From positions 4,588,001 through 4,652,000 of the forward strand of contig OZ281500.1 of the NCBI GenBank assembly GCA_965637545.1: 64,000 nt of DNA, in the 5' to 3' direction. The notes beneath the pieces were generated by a model that worked only from the letters and a program-made list of their open reading frames with translations, did not search any database and was not told the DNA's origin. The translations under genes and the position numbers were made by a program. The stretch is from Phallusia mammillata. Its lineage: Eukaryota. Below, one piece after another: positions 1 through 11,300 of the stretch. How positions within the stretch are numbered: position 1 is the stretch's first letter; each line of letters opens with the position of its first letter.

Positions 1-382
1 CCTTTTGTTTAGGCACTTTTTTACAAATTTAAACAATACGAGAAAGAAAGTAGCAGCCTGTATCTTGCATTTATCTGTAACTTTTATTTCTGTTTCAAGC
101 AAAGCAGCTGGGGACGAATCAAATTCTAAAATGTTATTAAATTGTTTTGGTCGAAATGTATGCCGTTTTGGGTCCGCATGATCGATCGTAATCACAAACA
201 TGCGCAAATTTAAAATAGTTGGCTAGATCATGTTGAACAAAATGTAGGCTATTATTATTGTAAATGTCGTGAAACCAGCCGCCGTGTATTTTCATCGTTA
301 CAAAATACCAGTTTAGTTACTGTCAATCAAATTTGTCCCTTGCCTTGTTTGATTAACGTAGGGTTGGTGACAGCCTTGCGTA

Positions 383-552
383 CATGGGCGTTCGCAGGAA
401 AAAAAATACAGGGGAGGGCAAACTATCATCTGACAGTGATACTTTTTCTTGCCAATCCCAATGTAGCAAAGTGGTGTAATAAACACAATATTAACTATTA
501 AATTATGTGGTAGGCACGCGCCTCCTCTGGCCCCCCGCTGCGGACGCCCATG
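383..552. mobile_element. hAT-type MITE, 170 bp
   Basis: TIRs catgggcgttcgcag / ctgcggacgcccatg (15 bp, 1 mismatch); perfect 8-bp TSD cttgcgta at 375-382 and 553-560. Confidence 0.9.
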
Positions 553-1362
553 CTTGCGTACCATGTCCAGCTTGCATAAAGGTTTGTGTTTTAAGTAGCA
601 ATTATTGTAAGACTGGCATTCGGTATTAAGGGATAGCTTAGCGACCACTGGAGGTAGGAAACGATAATTGTATTTCGGGCAGCGGCGCCAAAGAGTCAGA
701 CCCAACTAGACGAAAGAAAAATTCTGGGGCATTCAAAGAAGGGTAGATTTCTGAACAACACAATAAACCGCGTTTGGGGGACGATTCAATGCCATGCCAC
801 AAGCCAACAAATTGTAATCACCTTTATCAATGGCTAACACTTGATTGCATTCGGATAGTTCTAATCTTTGATAACAATAACCACACAATTTGAGGGTCAG
901 GAGTTTGGGAACAAAGACCAACGGAATTACATCACAAACAACGTGCATGACTTCTTGACCATCGTCTGGCTAAATGGAACATGTTAAAAACGTTAATAAA
1001 ACTACTCCTATACCTTACACAGCGTTGCTTTTTGGATCTTTTAAAAACTTTCTTCTGTGTGGTTCAACTTATACTGCTTGTCAATATGCCAGGACATGAC
1101 TGAGCTTTTTGCTAATTCGACTGTTAAAGTCACCCAAGTTGCATGATGTAAGAGTTCAGCCAAAAGTTATAAGCGATTGTTTTTCAATTTAAATTCTTCA
1201 TCACGGTTTGTCATCATACTGTTCTGCCTATTATTTCTATTAAATCCCCAAATGGAAAAACTGTCCTGACTTCGAACCTAAGCAACACAAAATAAACTAT
1301 TTTTAGCTCCTGCTAGTTCGAAATCAACATAAATTACATCATAGTGAACCTATAGACATTAG

Positions 1363-2226
1363 CATTTTCACGGAACGTCCAGTCGGTTCAGTCACGATGC
1401 AGACTTTGCCAACCCCAATCTCCAGCCAACCCCTTGCTGAATATAGTCGTTTAGCTGCGTGGTGAGACATTTGCGCTAGAAAAACATTATGTCATGTCTT
1501 GATAACTTGTTTACGGTACTCGTGTATTCACATTACGCAAAAATGCATGCGATGGCCGTTAAGTGGATGTGCTACCAAAAAAAGTTGATTGCAAATTATG
1601 TTCGCGCTTTTAACAGCGTCAACGCGTATTTTGGGAACTTGATTTGGAGAGGATTCAAACGGTTAAGGACTACAGCGCGATTGAACTATGACACGCGTGC
1701 TTCCATATAATAGGCAGGAAGACATAAAAAGCTTGTTTCTTCAGAGTCTGTTGAAAGTTTAGGAATAAATAGTGCATATGCTTATGCTGAAAAAACAACA
1801 ACAACAAATATTGTAGATTTCAAAGGCATATATATGCGTTGTAAGCTGTTCGATTTGCCAAATACTGCTTTGCTGAAACTAAGTTTTATTTTTATCGGCG
1901 CTTTTAAGTAACATCTAAATGTTTTGTGCCAGCTTGGTGCAAATGAGAAAATTGAAGTTGTTGAAACTACTTTTTGTTGTACGTATGGTATGCCCCTACA
2001 ATAATGCCTTGGCTCTAAAAGGCAATGCCTAATGAAAACATGGTGTTCTTTAAATTGTTTTCATACAATAATACACAGCAAATTAAGTCTGGATGAGTTC
2101 TTTTTTACCTCACGCGCATTTGACAGTTCAAAAACAGATCCCAGGGCACGACCGTACGAGTCAACGTGTAACTGTCCAGGAATGGCAGTGATGACCGGAC
2201 AAAACCGTGGTGATCTTTCGGTTTAA
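1363..2226 (+). CDS. Possible last two exons of an unidentified upstream gene
   Basis: Candidate exon 1363-1461 (ttag| ... |gtgaga, reads IFTERPVGSVTMQTLPTPISSQPLAEYSRLAA). It joins in phase 2 to 2127-2226 (tgacag|, CSKTDPRARPYESTCNCPGMAVMTGQNRGDLSV*). No family recognised, and minus-strand readings of this region are also partly open. Confidence 0.25.
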
Positions 2227-5200
2227 AAACAACGTGTTGTGGTCTCGGGATTGGCAAATTGTTGAGCAGTACAATTTGCCCTTGCCCAAGGCGGTACGTT
2301 CCTCCTCGACTCTCGGCCTCAAGAGCACTGGGCTATTGTCATGGTAATGTTATCCTGTGCAACGCCTTGTTACATTTGCAACGTGCAGTTTTTGAGGTTG
2401 ACAGATTGCCATCAGTAAAAGGTGTCATGTACCAGGGTTTGATAAACTGTTAATGACTTGCTGTTCAGTAGTTTTAGGCTAGGGAAACTGTTTTGTGCAG
2501 AGATACAAGCCCGTTGGAGTCTTTCTACAAGCGAATGATTGGTTTTGTTTTGCATTGGAGCAATTTAATATCAAGCGTTCATGTAAATTTTTGTTACTAG
2601 CGTCTGTCTCGAGAACTTAAAGTTGGTTTAAGACAAAACTCAATAGCCTAACCCGCCGTTTTTGGAACAGAATGCTTAAAAGTAGCATATCTGACATACA
2701 ATACAAATCAGTTTTGTTTTGTAGTATGTGATAACTGAATAAGTTAGTTGGGTTTTTTTTGCGTTGGTAACGTCATTTTCGTTTGGTATGTGGTGTATAA
2801 ACCAGTTATGGGCAAGACGATATAAAAGTTAGTTGCAAACAAAAGCAAATTCAATATTGTGCAACCTATTTTTGTTAGCCTTGTTGTGACAAAAAGTACT
2901 ACAGAAAAAAACAAATTCGGTAAAATTTTTTACTGGGTACTGGATAATAGTTGGAATATCGAACTAGTCCTATTAAGAGTAACAAATAAATTTGGTGCCC
3001 TTTTCTTTCGAAAAGTGGTACGTAAGTGTTGTAACATTTAAAAAGCGCATTGGTAAACAACGTACGTTTGCACGTTGTGAAGTCACGTAATGTGGATGCA
3101 CCACGTTGAACGCACTTTCCAGTATCACATGGCATTTGAGGAGTTCAGAATGCAACCCTATGCAGTGAAGGAGGTTTCTAATTTTGTAAAGGAAAATTTG
3201 AGGGTCAGTTAGAGGCGCTATGAGTCACCTTGTACAATCCATATATCATACATATGTGCCCAAAACTAGTTATTCATTTTCCAAATAGACCATGTACATT
3301 TGCAAAAAAATGTTTGTTTCCAAGTTTGGTAAAATCAAAACCGTACATTTTGAAATAGCCATCCGGTTTTTATTCTTTTCACTGAAGCATGTAGGCTACC
3401 ATTTTTGGTCCGTATTTGGATATATTTTTGTACTTCACCGCATTAACATTCCATGCAGTTTATGGGAAGAAAAGCGAGCAGAACAGAAAAAATAGACCAT
3501 CAATAAAACCCAGATACAATTTTCGTGATAGACCCATTAGTTCCAGTGTTTTTTCTGTGCACAAGCCGGTTATTTGCACCTGTTTCTTCGCTGTGTTTTT
3601 GCGTGTAAGGGTATAATGAACACAGGAAGAGTGTAATTTCGAAAGGCGCGTCCGCTTAGCGTTGGACATTTCGACTTCGAAGGTCAAGACAGTGCGACAA
3701 GATTTAAAATTAAAATTGATGGTGTTGTAAATGGTGTAAAAGGGTATGTAGGATCAAAGGCATAAAATATGTCGGATTATTGAGAAACATAAATGAGGAT
3801 AATAAACACAGCGATTTTAAATAGGATTGGTATACCTCAAAAGTAAACTTGACATTCTTTTCAGGTCAATGTAGGTGATCACAAATTTTTATTAGCGGAA
3901 TTAGTGTCACTACACTTTAGGTTTATTCGCGATTGGTGGCAAAGTTAAGCTTTAAAATTTCTATAGTGGTAAATAAGCGAAAAAAGTTTGATACCACACT
4001 GGGTTTTGTTTCCCATTGTTTATCCTAATGTTGGCTGTTAACAGCGCAAATTCAATTTTTCATGATTATTTCGAACAGATTATTCAGTTTTATTTTTAAA
4101 ATGTTGTGACGTATCCAAACAATTGTTTTTGCTTAAATTGTTGGGACTTGTCTGAAATGTCTGATCGTGCTCTGTATTTGTGCACCAAAGTATGGTTTTA
4201 TTGTAACTATTAAATTTTAATTAATGTTATTTTTCGGTCAAACGATTCCCACGCTTATGAACTTTTAAGGAATTTCCACATTTAATGTCGTGGGACGATT
4301 CTAGATTTAAGCGGACCAACAGACATGCAAGGACCCGAGGCATAACGAAAAACAGTCAAAAACGTTCCGCATTCTGACAAGAAAAACTCGTTAAATTTGA
4401 GACAAATAAGGAATAGGGTCTTTACGTCAGTGAGACAATAGGTGGATATTATAAAACCGTCCGCAATTCGCAAATTGCCGTGGAATCTCTTAATAAGCAA
4501 GATGTTTTGCTTCTAAATGCATGTTTTCTGGTAAGTGCTCGACAATGAAAGTGCGCAAATCGTTTTGTCGACGCGGATATGAATATAAAGCGTACCAGGC
4601 AATCATCAATGGTGTTCTATGATTAGCGCCGGAGCACGTCGAAATTAAGGCAACCTCTTTAAGATTATAAACGCCGACAGCTAAACGAAGATGTTCTGTT
4701 GCCGGAACGGGTACTTTGCACAGATTTGGTGTTTTCCTCTTGCACGCCAGTATTATTACAATATGTTTTGCTATAAAACGTGTCAGCTTTCAAACTCTCC
4801 ACTTGGGACTTGAGTTGTTGTTTTGATTTTAGCTTTCAGTTTTTCAAGGTAGCATTTTTTATAGACCTGATTTGGCAATCACAGTATTAGGCAAAAACGT
4901 AGTTTCGGCTTTTTACTCTACTTTTGCTTGAACATATTTTTGTACAATTTGATATGTTATGTCGTTAACGGCTTACTATAGCCTTATTATATCTCTTCAG
5001 GCAATAATTATTATTTATGTGTTTTTTTTAATGCCATTAAATCTTTCTATACTTGGCCAACACTTTTAATAACAAAAAAGCCAGAATTCAGCAACACGGC
5101 GTTAAGTCTTGATCTAATGTGCTTTACCAAAGTGAATCTTCAAATTGTCTTCAGTTCATTCTTTGCCCATAACTCATTGACCTTTTCCGCTGGCGCCATT

Positions 5201-5395
5201 ATAAGTGGAAGTTTAAATCTACTTCAAGTTTATGACTTTTTTCACATTCAGTGTTTTACCCTTCAGGCTAAGCCGGGATTGCTTCCTTAAACCATTAGGA
5301 ACCCTTGAAACTGCATAGCAACCAGCTTAACTATAGGACAAAGGCGTCGTTGTTGATATTCAAATTCTTCCTTTTATGACGTCATACAGGAAACG

Positions 5396-8300
5396 ATGAA
5401 ACTGATTGTCGCTTTGTTATCGGTTTTTCTGCTTGTCAACAATGGATCAGGTGAGATTTTTTTGCATGTTTGTCGCCAAATGACTTTAACAGGTAAGCTA
5501 GTCCGGTATTGGAAAATCAGCTTGAAGTAAAATCCAGCTTTGTAGATAATGCGAAGAGCTTGATATAAAAATGACGTGTGTATATCTTGCAAACTGTATT
5601 GTGAAATCATTGACATTCGTTGACACCTAAATTATTTTTTTAAGTCGCATTTTTTAGGGTACTCTGGACGCCTAAAATATTTTTTGTTTTGTTTTACGTT
5701 TCAGTCCTAAGTGTTTTGACCAGAGTTTAAATTTGAGGCCGTTGAATGAGGGTTCGGTCCGGATTCGGCCTTAAACTTCCATTAAACCGGAATTGATTCG
5801 GCCTCGACTTCACACTTGGCCTTATGCTGCATCTTCACCAACTTGTGGTCTAAATTCGGGCTTTATTTGTATAAATGGGTTCGGGTCGGGTTTCGGGCTT
5901 GTACTTTTGGGTTCGGACCTGGTTTGGACCTTAACTTCGGGCCCGCTTGAAAGTTTGTTTTTATCTAACGAGAAACTAACATATTAGGTTACAGCTGCCA
6001 TAGGAGGCAATTGCGACTCTGTCTAAGCTTTCCTGAAGAACCCGAAAACTTATTTACCTTAGGCAAACAAGTAGTCATATTTTCGAGACACTCAATTGAC
6101 CTAAAGTCACGTTGTGTTGTGAACATTATTGCATCGCGATAATTTTTCTTTAAATTACTTTTCGTTACTGTTTTTGCAAAGTGGGTCTGAAATTGGGGCC
6201 CGAACTCGAAAGTACATGAACGAAAACCGACACGACTCTAAAAAAAACAGACAAATCAAGCCCAAAAGTTAATAAAAAATCAGCAAAAATTACGCCTTGT
6301 GTGAAGTCAGGCCCGAATCATGTCCGTTATAAACTCAAGCCCGAAACCTGACTCGAAAAGCACGGACCGACTTGCAACTTTGGCAGTATTGGCTGTTTTG
6401 CATGTGAAACATTTAAAACGCAACGAAAAAATGTTTAAAATTCGCTGGATGCAGAGTCGTGTTTATTTACGGTAGATTTGCAGTAATGCCAAGTCAAGAG
6501 GTCACGGGAAATCAACGCTATTTGCCACAAAGTAAAGTTCATGTCCTTGATTTGACCTTCCAAGATAGACGACCAAATGCGCCTTAAAATGAACTTTCGG
6601 CTATAGCAAGGCCACGAAGCTTAGCTTGTAGTTTAATGGTCTATTTCGTCACGGTGTGATGACGAAATTAATTTTCAGATTACTATCGATGTTATTTTTT
6701 ATTGTTGTGGATAAAGCGTGATCAAGTGCTAAAGCTTTCAAAAAAATCGGAAAATACTCTATTCATTCGAAGTAAATGCGAAAAAAAGATAAACTACCTG
6801 TTATTTAAGCTGACAAAAAATAGCCACCTATTTTGATTCACGTATAGTGGTCCACATTGGTTAACCGAAATCAACGGTTAACAACCTGAGGTTCGCGGAC
6901 CTCCAATGGGCCCGTGAGATGGTTCTGGATCTAAAGGGTCATAAATGCAAAGCTTCTCAATGGGGTAAATTGTCCATAGACTTGAATACTTTTAGGGGGT
7001 ATGCAACAACTATACAAAAGGGAGCCACTAACCTATAGAGTAGATTGACCTAGGTGCTGTGTAGTATTTAAATGCTGCCATTTTTGCACATTTCTTCGCC
7101 TACATCTCATCAGTTTGTGTCGACATCGATAAAATTCTTGTTTGACTTTCTAACAACAGCCATACCACGGTGGTCCTGCTCTAACGTTGTTCCACCCGAA
7201 AACGGACGATTAGAGATCCTCTCATCCGGCGTATTCGCTAAAAATACGGCCATGCTGAGATTTCTCTGTAACGATGGTTACACTCTTAAAGGACAATGTG
7301 TTGCTCTCTGCGTAGACGGCATCGTTATGTATGGAAAACCGATTTGTGTTGGTAAGTTGTATAAGCAATCAGTTGTTAATTTTCGATAAAGTTTGTTTTG
7401 CTATCTATTCTATGATCAGTATTGTTGCCATATAGGGATGCCAATACCTTTCAAAGTGTAGTTCACCTACAAGTTCATCGCGTAAATGCAGCCCCTTATC
7501 CAAGTATAAATAGAATGAAAACTATTTGATTGGCATGATTAAGTTAACAATAAAGGCTCGGATAAAAGTTGTTTACCGTTGCAACTTGCTCAAATTGGAA
7601 AGACCAAATATTGCTGTTATAAAATGTCAACTTTTTTGGGGGTGACCAGCTTTTAAGTCGGTTTAAAGTTTAAACCATGGTATTTATTTGTAGACACGAG
7701 GAAATGCCCAGCAATAGAACACCCAACTCACGGCAAGATGCGCCAACTAACAAACGCTGAGTTGATGCGAAAAAGCTTTGACTACGACACCGATAAACTA
7801 CACGCAATGCTTACTGCAATGTCGCAAAGCGCTAGTGACCTTGCCACAGTCAGTGGCCGAATAAGTCTTGTCCGAGAACTCCGAACAACTTTGGAAACTA
7901 TTAAGGGTTTGGCAGGTCTGGCGAAATCAGCTGTGGCCAAACCCGGCCCTGTGATTGACCAAGCACCGCTGTACGCACTGGAGTGTGACGACGGGTACGT
8001 GCTGGATTCGGCGATATTTTATAAGTATTGTCAAGAAGGCAAGTTTCAACCAGTGGCCATGCCAACTTGTATTGGTAAGTTCTGTTGTGAAGCAAATTTA
8101 ATTTAATCATATTATTTACTTTTTCATGTAGTACTTTTCATGTAATGTAGTACTAAAAGGCCAGTGTTTGTCAAAAGTGCACATTGCGAGTTTATCAAGT
8201 ATATATTCGTATTTCCATCTCAGAAAAACTATCTTGCCCTCATCCGACCGCGCCGGGAAACGGTTCCGTAAATGTGTATCGAACGAATACAGTACGTGGA

Positions 8301-11300
8301 GAGTCGTCTGTGGTGAGGGCGGTGTTCTCATGCAACCGGGGATTTCGGTTGGACCCGCCCGAAAGCAAGTTGGCCCATTGTGGTTCGGACAACAGCTGGT
8401 CATCTGTCCCACCAACATGTACAAGTACGAATCAGCTGTTAAATATTGGTCTATGTAAATACATAAAGACGTATTTTTCGCAGTCATACAGAAAACTATG
8501 TCCATTCTGTCATTTTAAACTACGACTAAAAACTGCCATGAAACCACGCTTGCTTGAAGGCCAAAGTTACAAACTATTTTATGCAGTTGTGTATTTGTAA
8601 AACTTATTTTTGCTGACTCAGCAAAATTTGTCTAGTAAGTACGATATGGTCGGACCATGTAATAATGCATTACAGCATTGAAATAAGTTTTGTTTGATGT
8701 TTTGTTCTTGAAATTATCCAATTCAAGATGTCATTGCCCGCAGAGGCTTACAGTAGACCTCGCCACCAAATTTTAACCACATCATACAGCGTTTGCGGTG
8801 TGACAGTTCCGCCTTTTTGGACAAAAAACACCACACGCAGGTGTTAGCTGTAAATCTGCGTGAAAAGGAAGATCTTATTTCCGCCAAGTAGATTCTCCCG
8901 TTTCCTAAACTTAAGGCTCCTTTGTTTCAGCTTTGTCACCTTGAGATTAGGTCCAGCCACTAATCGTTGTGTTTTTGTCAAGTGCTCTGCCCGTGGGCAC
9001 CGAACCCTCCTTACGGACGTCTCGTGGCAAAGGGCGACACCCTGCGTCTAATTTGCAATCCTGGATACAAACTGGAAGGACCAGAAGAAATTTTTTGCCA
9101 AGACGATGGTAACTGGGGGACCCAAAACTCATTTTGTGTCCGTAAGTACCACTGCATATTCGAAATGTATCTGCAATAAAAAGACTTCCGGGGTTCCTCA
9201 AAGTTTTAAGCTAGGCCCACCGTATGTTAATGACAAAAAGAGGACGCATTTTCATTAAAGTTTCTTACTGCAACTTAAAAAAGTTTTGGACGAATTTCCT
9301 TATTTAATGAATACGGTTCAATTTTTTAGTTTTCTGTTGATTTTAACAAACAATAAACATGCTTTTGTTTTGTTATGCTTAATAATGGATTAACTAAGGT
9401 AAAAGTGTTAAAAAAAGAACTAGTTGTGAATATTTTAGCGTCCTCAGCCGACAACCTTCAACAAGAGGACGTATAGTAGGTCTATTTTAACCTATACGGG
9501 CCGGTGATTACTCTGGGGAGTTTGTCAAATATGGTATTCTGTACTTTATGTGAAATACGCGATGGATTTTTCATTAAAATTTACCGCACAATTACTTCAC
9601 TGAATTTTCACATGTCTATTGGCAACATCTGCTGATATTCATATTAAAAATTTAAAAATAGCTGACCATTACAGCAGAACTAAATACAGAAGCAGAAACG
9701 TAATTCATGTCGCTGCTATGCCGCGGTCATTTTTTTGCCTAATTTGGTGCCGCTACAATGACAGCCTATTTTTAATTAAAGGTTTGCCCTGCGTTACAAT
9801 TCCCACTGCAATGCGCTCATTCCTATTTTTAATCTCTGTAATTCAACGCATTGCCAATGTCTGTGTGTAAACGCTTTGCCACACCCTTTGCTGCCGCGCG
9901 TGGCCACGACAAACTAGCCGTTGGTGTGGCACAAAATCCTGCTGTAATCCAAATAATCCAATTACAACGGGTTTCATATTGCCCTGCGTTATAAGGCTTG
10001 TCCTTATGCAGCGGATTACATATTTACCAGGACTACTACCATGACGTAATTTTGCGGCCGCAATTCACGTATTAAGGATAAGACGTTTACGTTTTCCAAC
10101 GCTGGTGGTTAGTTGGTTTGTTTGACTGGTGTTTTTACCATAACATGGTGCTTTTTCGGTCTAAATGCCATTCAGTTACATAGCCGGTTGTGTGCAAAAA
10201 CCGTTTTGACCTTTGATTACTATACGCTTAGTATGAAACTTATCTTACATTGCGTTTGTCTAACACAATATTATAAAAGCGAAAATAAAAATGAGATGCG
10301 AACAGCAGGGAAAATCCTACTAATTGCTTGTAAATGACAAAATTTAAACTAACCGATTTGTTAATGTTAAGAATAGCGTATAAATTGTCTGCATTTAGGC
10401 GTCCCAACTTAAAACGACCTATTACGATTTAGGTAAAATATTTTTTGTTGAAAGCTGGTAGTGTGCTTTTAAGCAGTTTAAGCTTTAAATCAATAGGATA
10501 AAATATGACATTTTTGCAGTTGAGGTTCCTTGTCAAATTATTGAAGAAGTGCCAATTGGAGCTTTAATCTCCTCAACTCCTCTTAAGAAGTCGAAAAACA
10601 ATAAGACTTTGGAAGGTTGTCCTGGTAAGAGTCTGGAATTATACTTGGACAAAATCTACTGTTTCATGTGTGTTCAATACGCATTATCATACATTTGATT
10701 TTATGTGCAACACTTTACCTTTAAGATTTGGAATTTCATGACAGGTTACCGCCCATGTTACGCCCCTTCACACCCGCACCACGGCAAATACACTGTCATG
10801 GGTGACATCGAGCCCCCGTTGCCCCTTTCCCGAATTCGCTTTGGGTGCAGAGACGGGTACAGGCTCCGGGGAAGTCCTTCGGTTACGTGCGGACCGAAAG
10901 GAGAATGGACGAGCCAGTTTCCAGTTTGTGACAGTAGGTGGCGCAATTTCACTGATTTGTTGAAAAATATTTAGAACGTTTTTTACCATGGTGTTGTGTG
11001 GCAGTTGTATGGCAACGCTTTGGCAGAGGCATCCTGAAGGCGACCTGTTTTGTACGTCGAAACGTCGGTATAAAAGTGCAATTGCCAGAATGTTAGGTAG
11101 CAACAACTTTTGTATGGCACCGCTAGTTGTATTACTACTAAAAGCAAATCTAACTTTTATTAGAAATAACCTGCTACTTGTTGACTCCCGGGCCGAATAA
11201 TAAGAAAAAAGGTAACGTTTAGTGTTGTAGTTTTAAAACCAGTTCGTTTTCCGCAGAAATTCCGTCCTGTCCGCGGTTAAATCGCATTCCTAATGGTTTT

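Noticed and set aside
313-705. 130-aa minus-strand ORF
   Set aside because: It is chimeric: the frame is extended by the 383-552 MITE, and it closes much earlier once the MITE is removed.
9875-9930. Short inverted repeat tgccacacc / ggtgtggca
   Set aside because: Only 9 bp, with no TSD and no second copy in the window.
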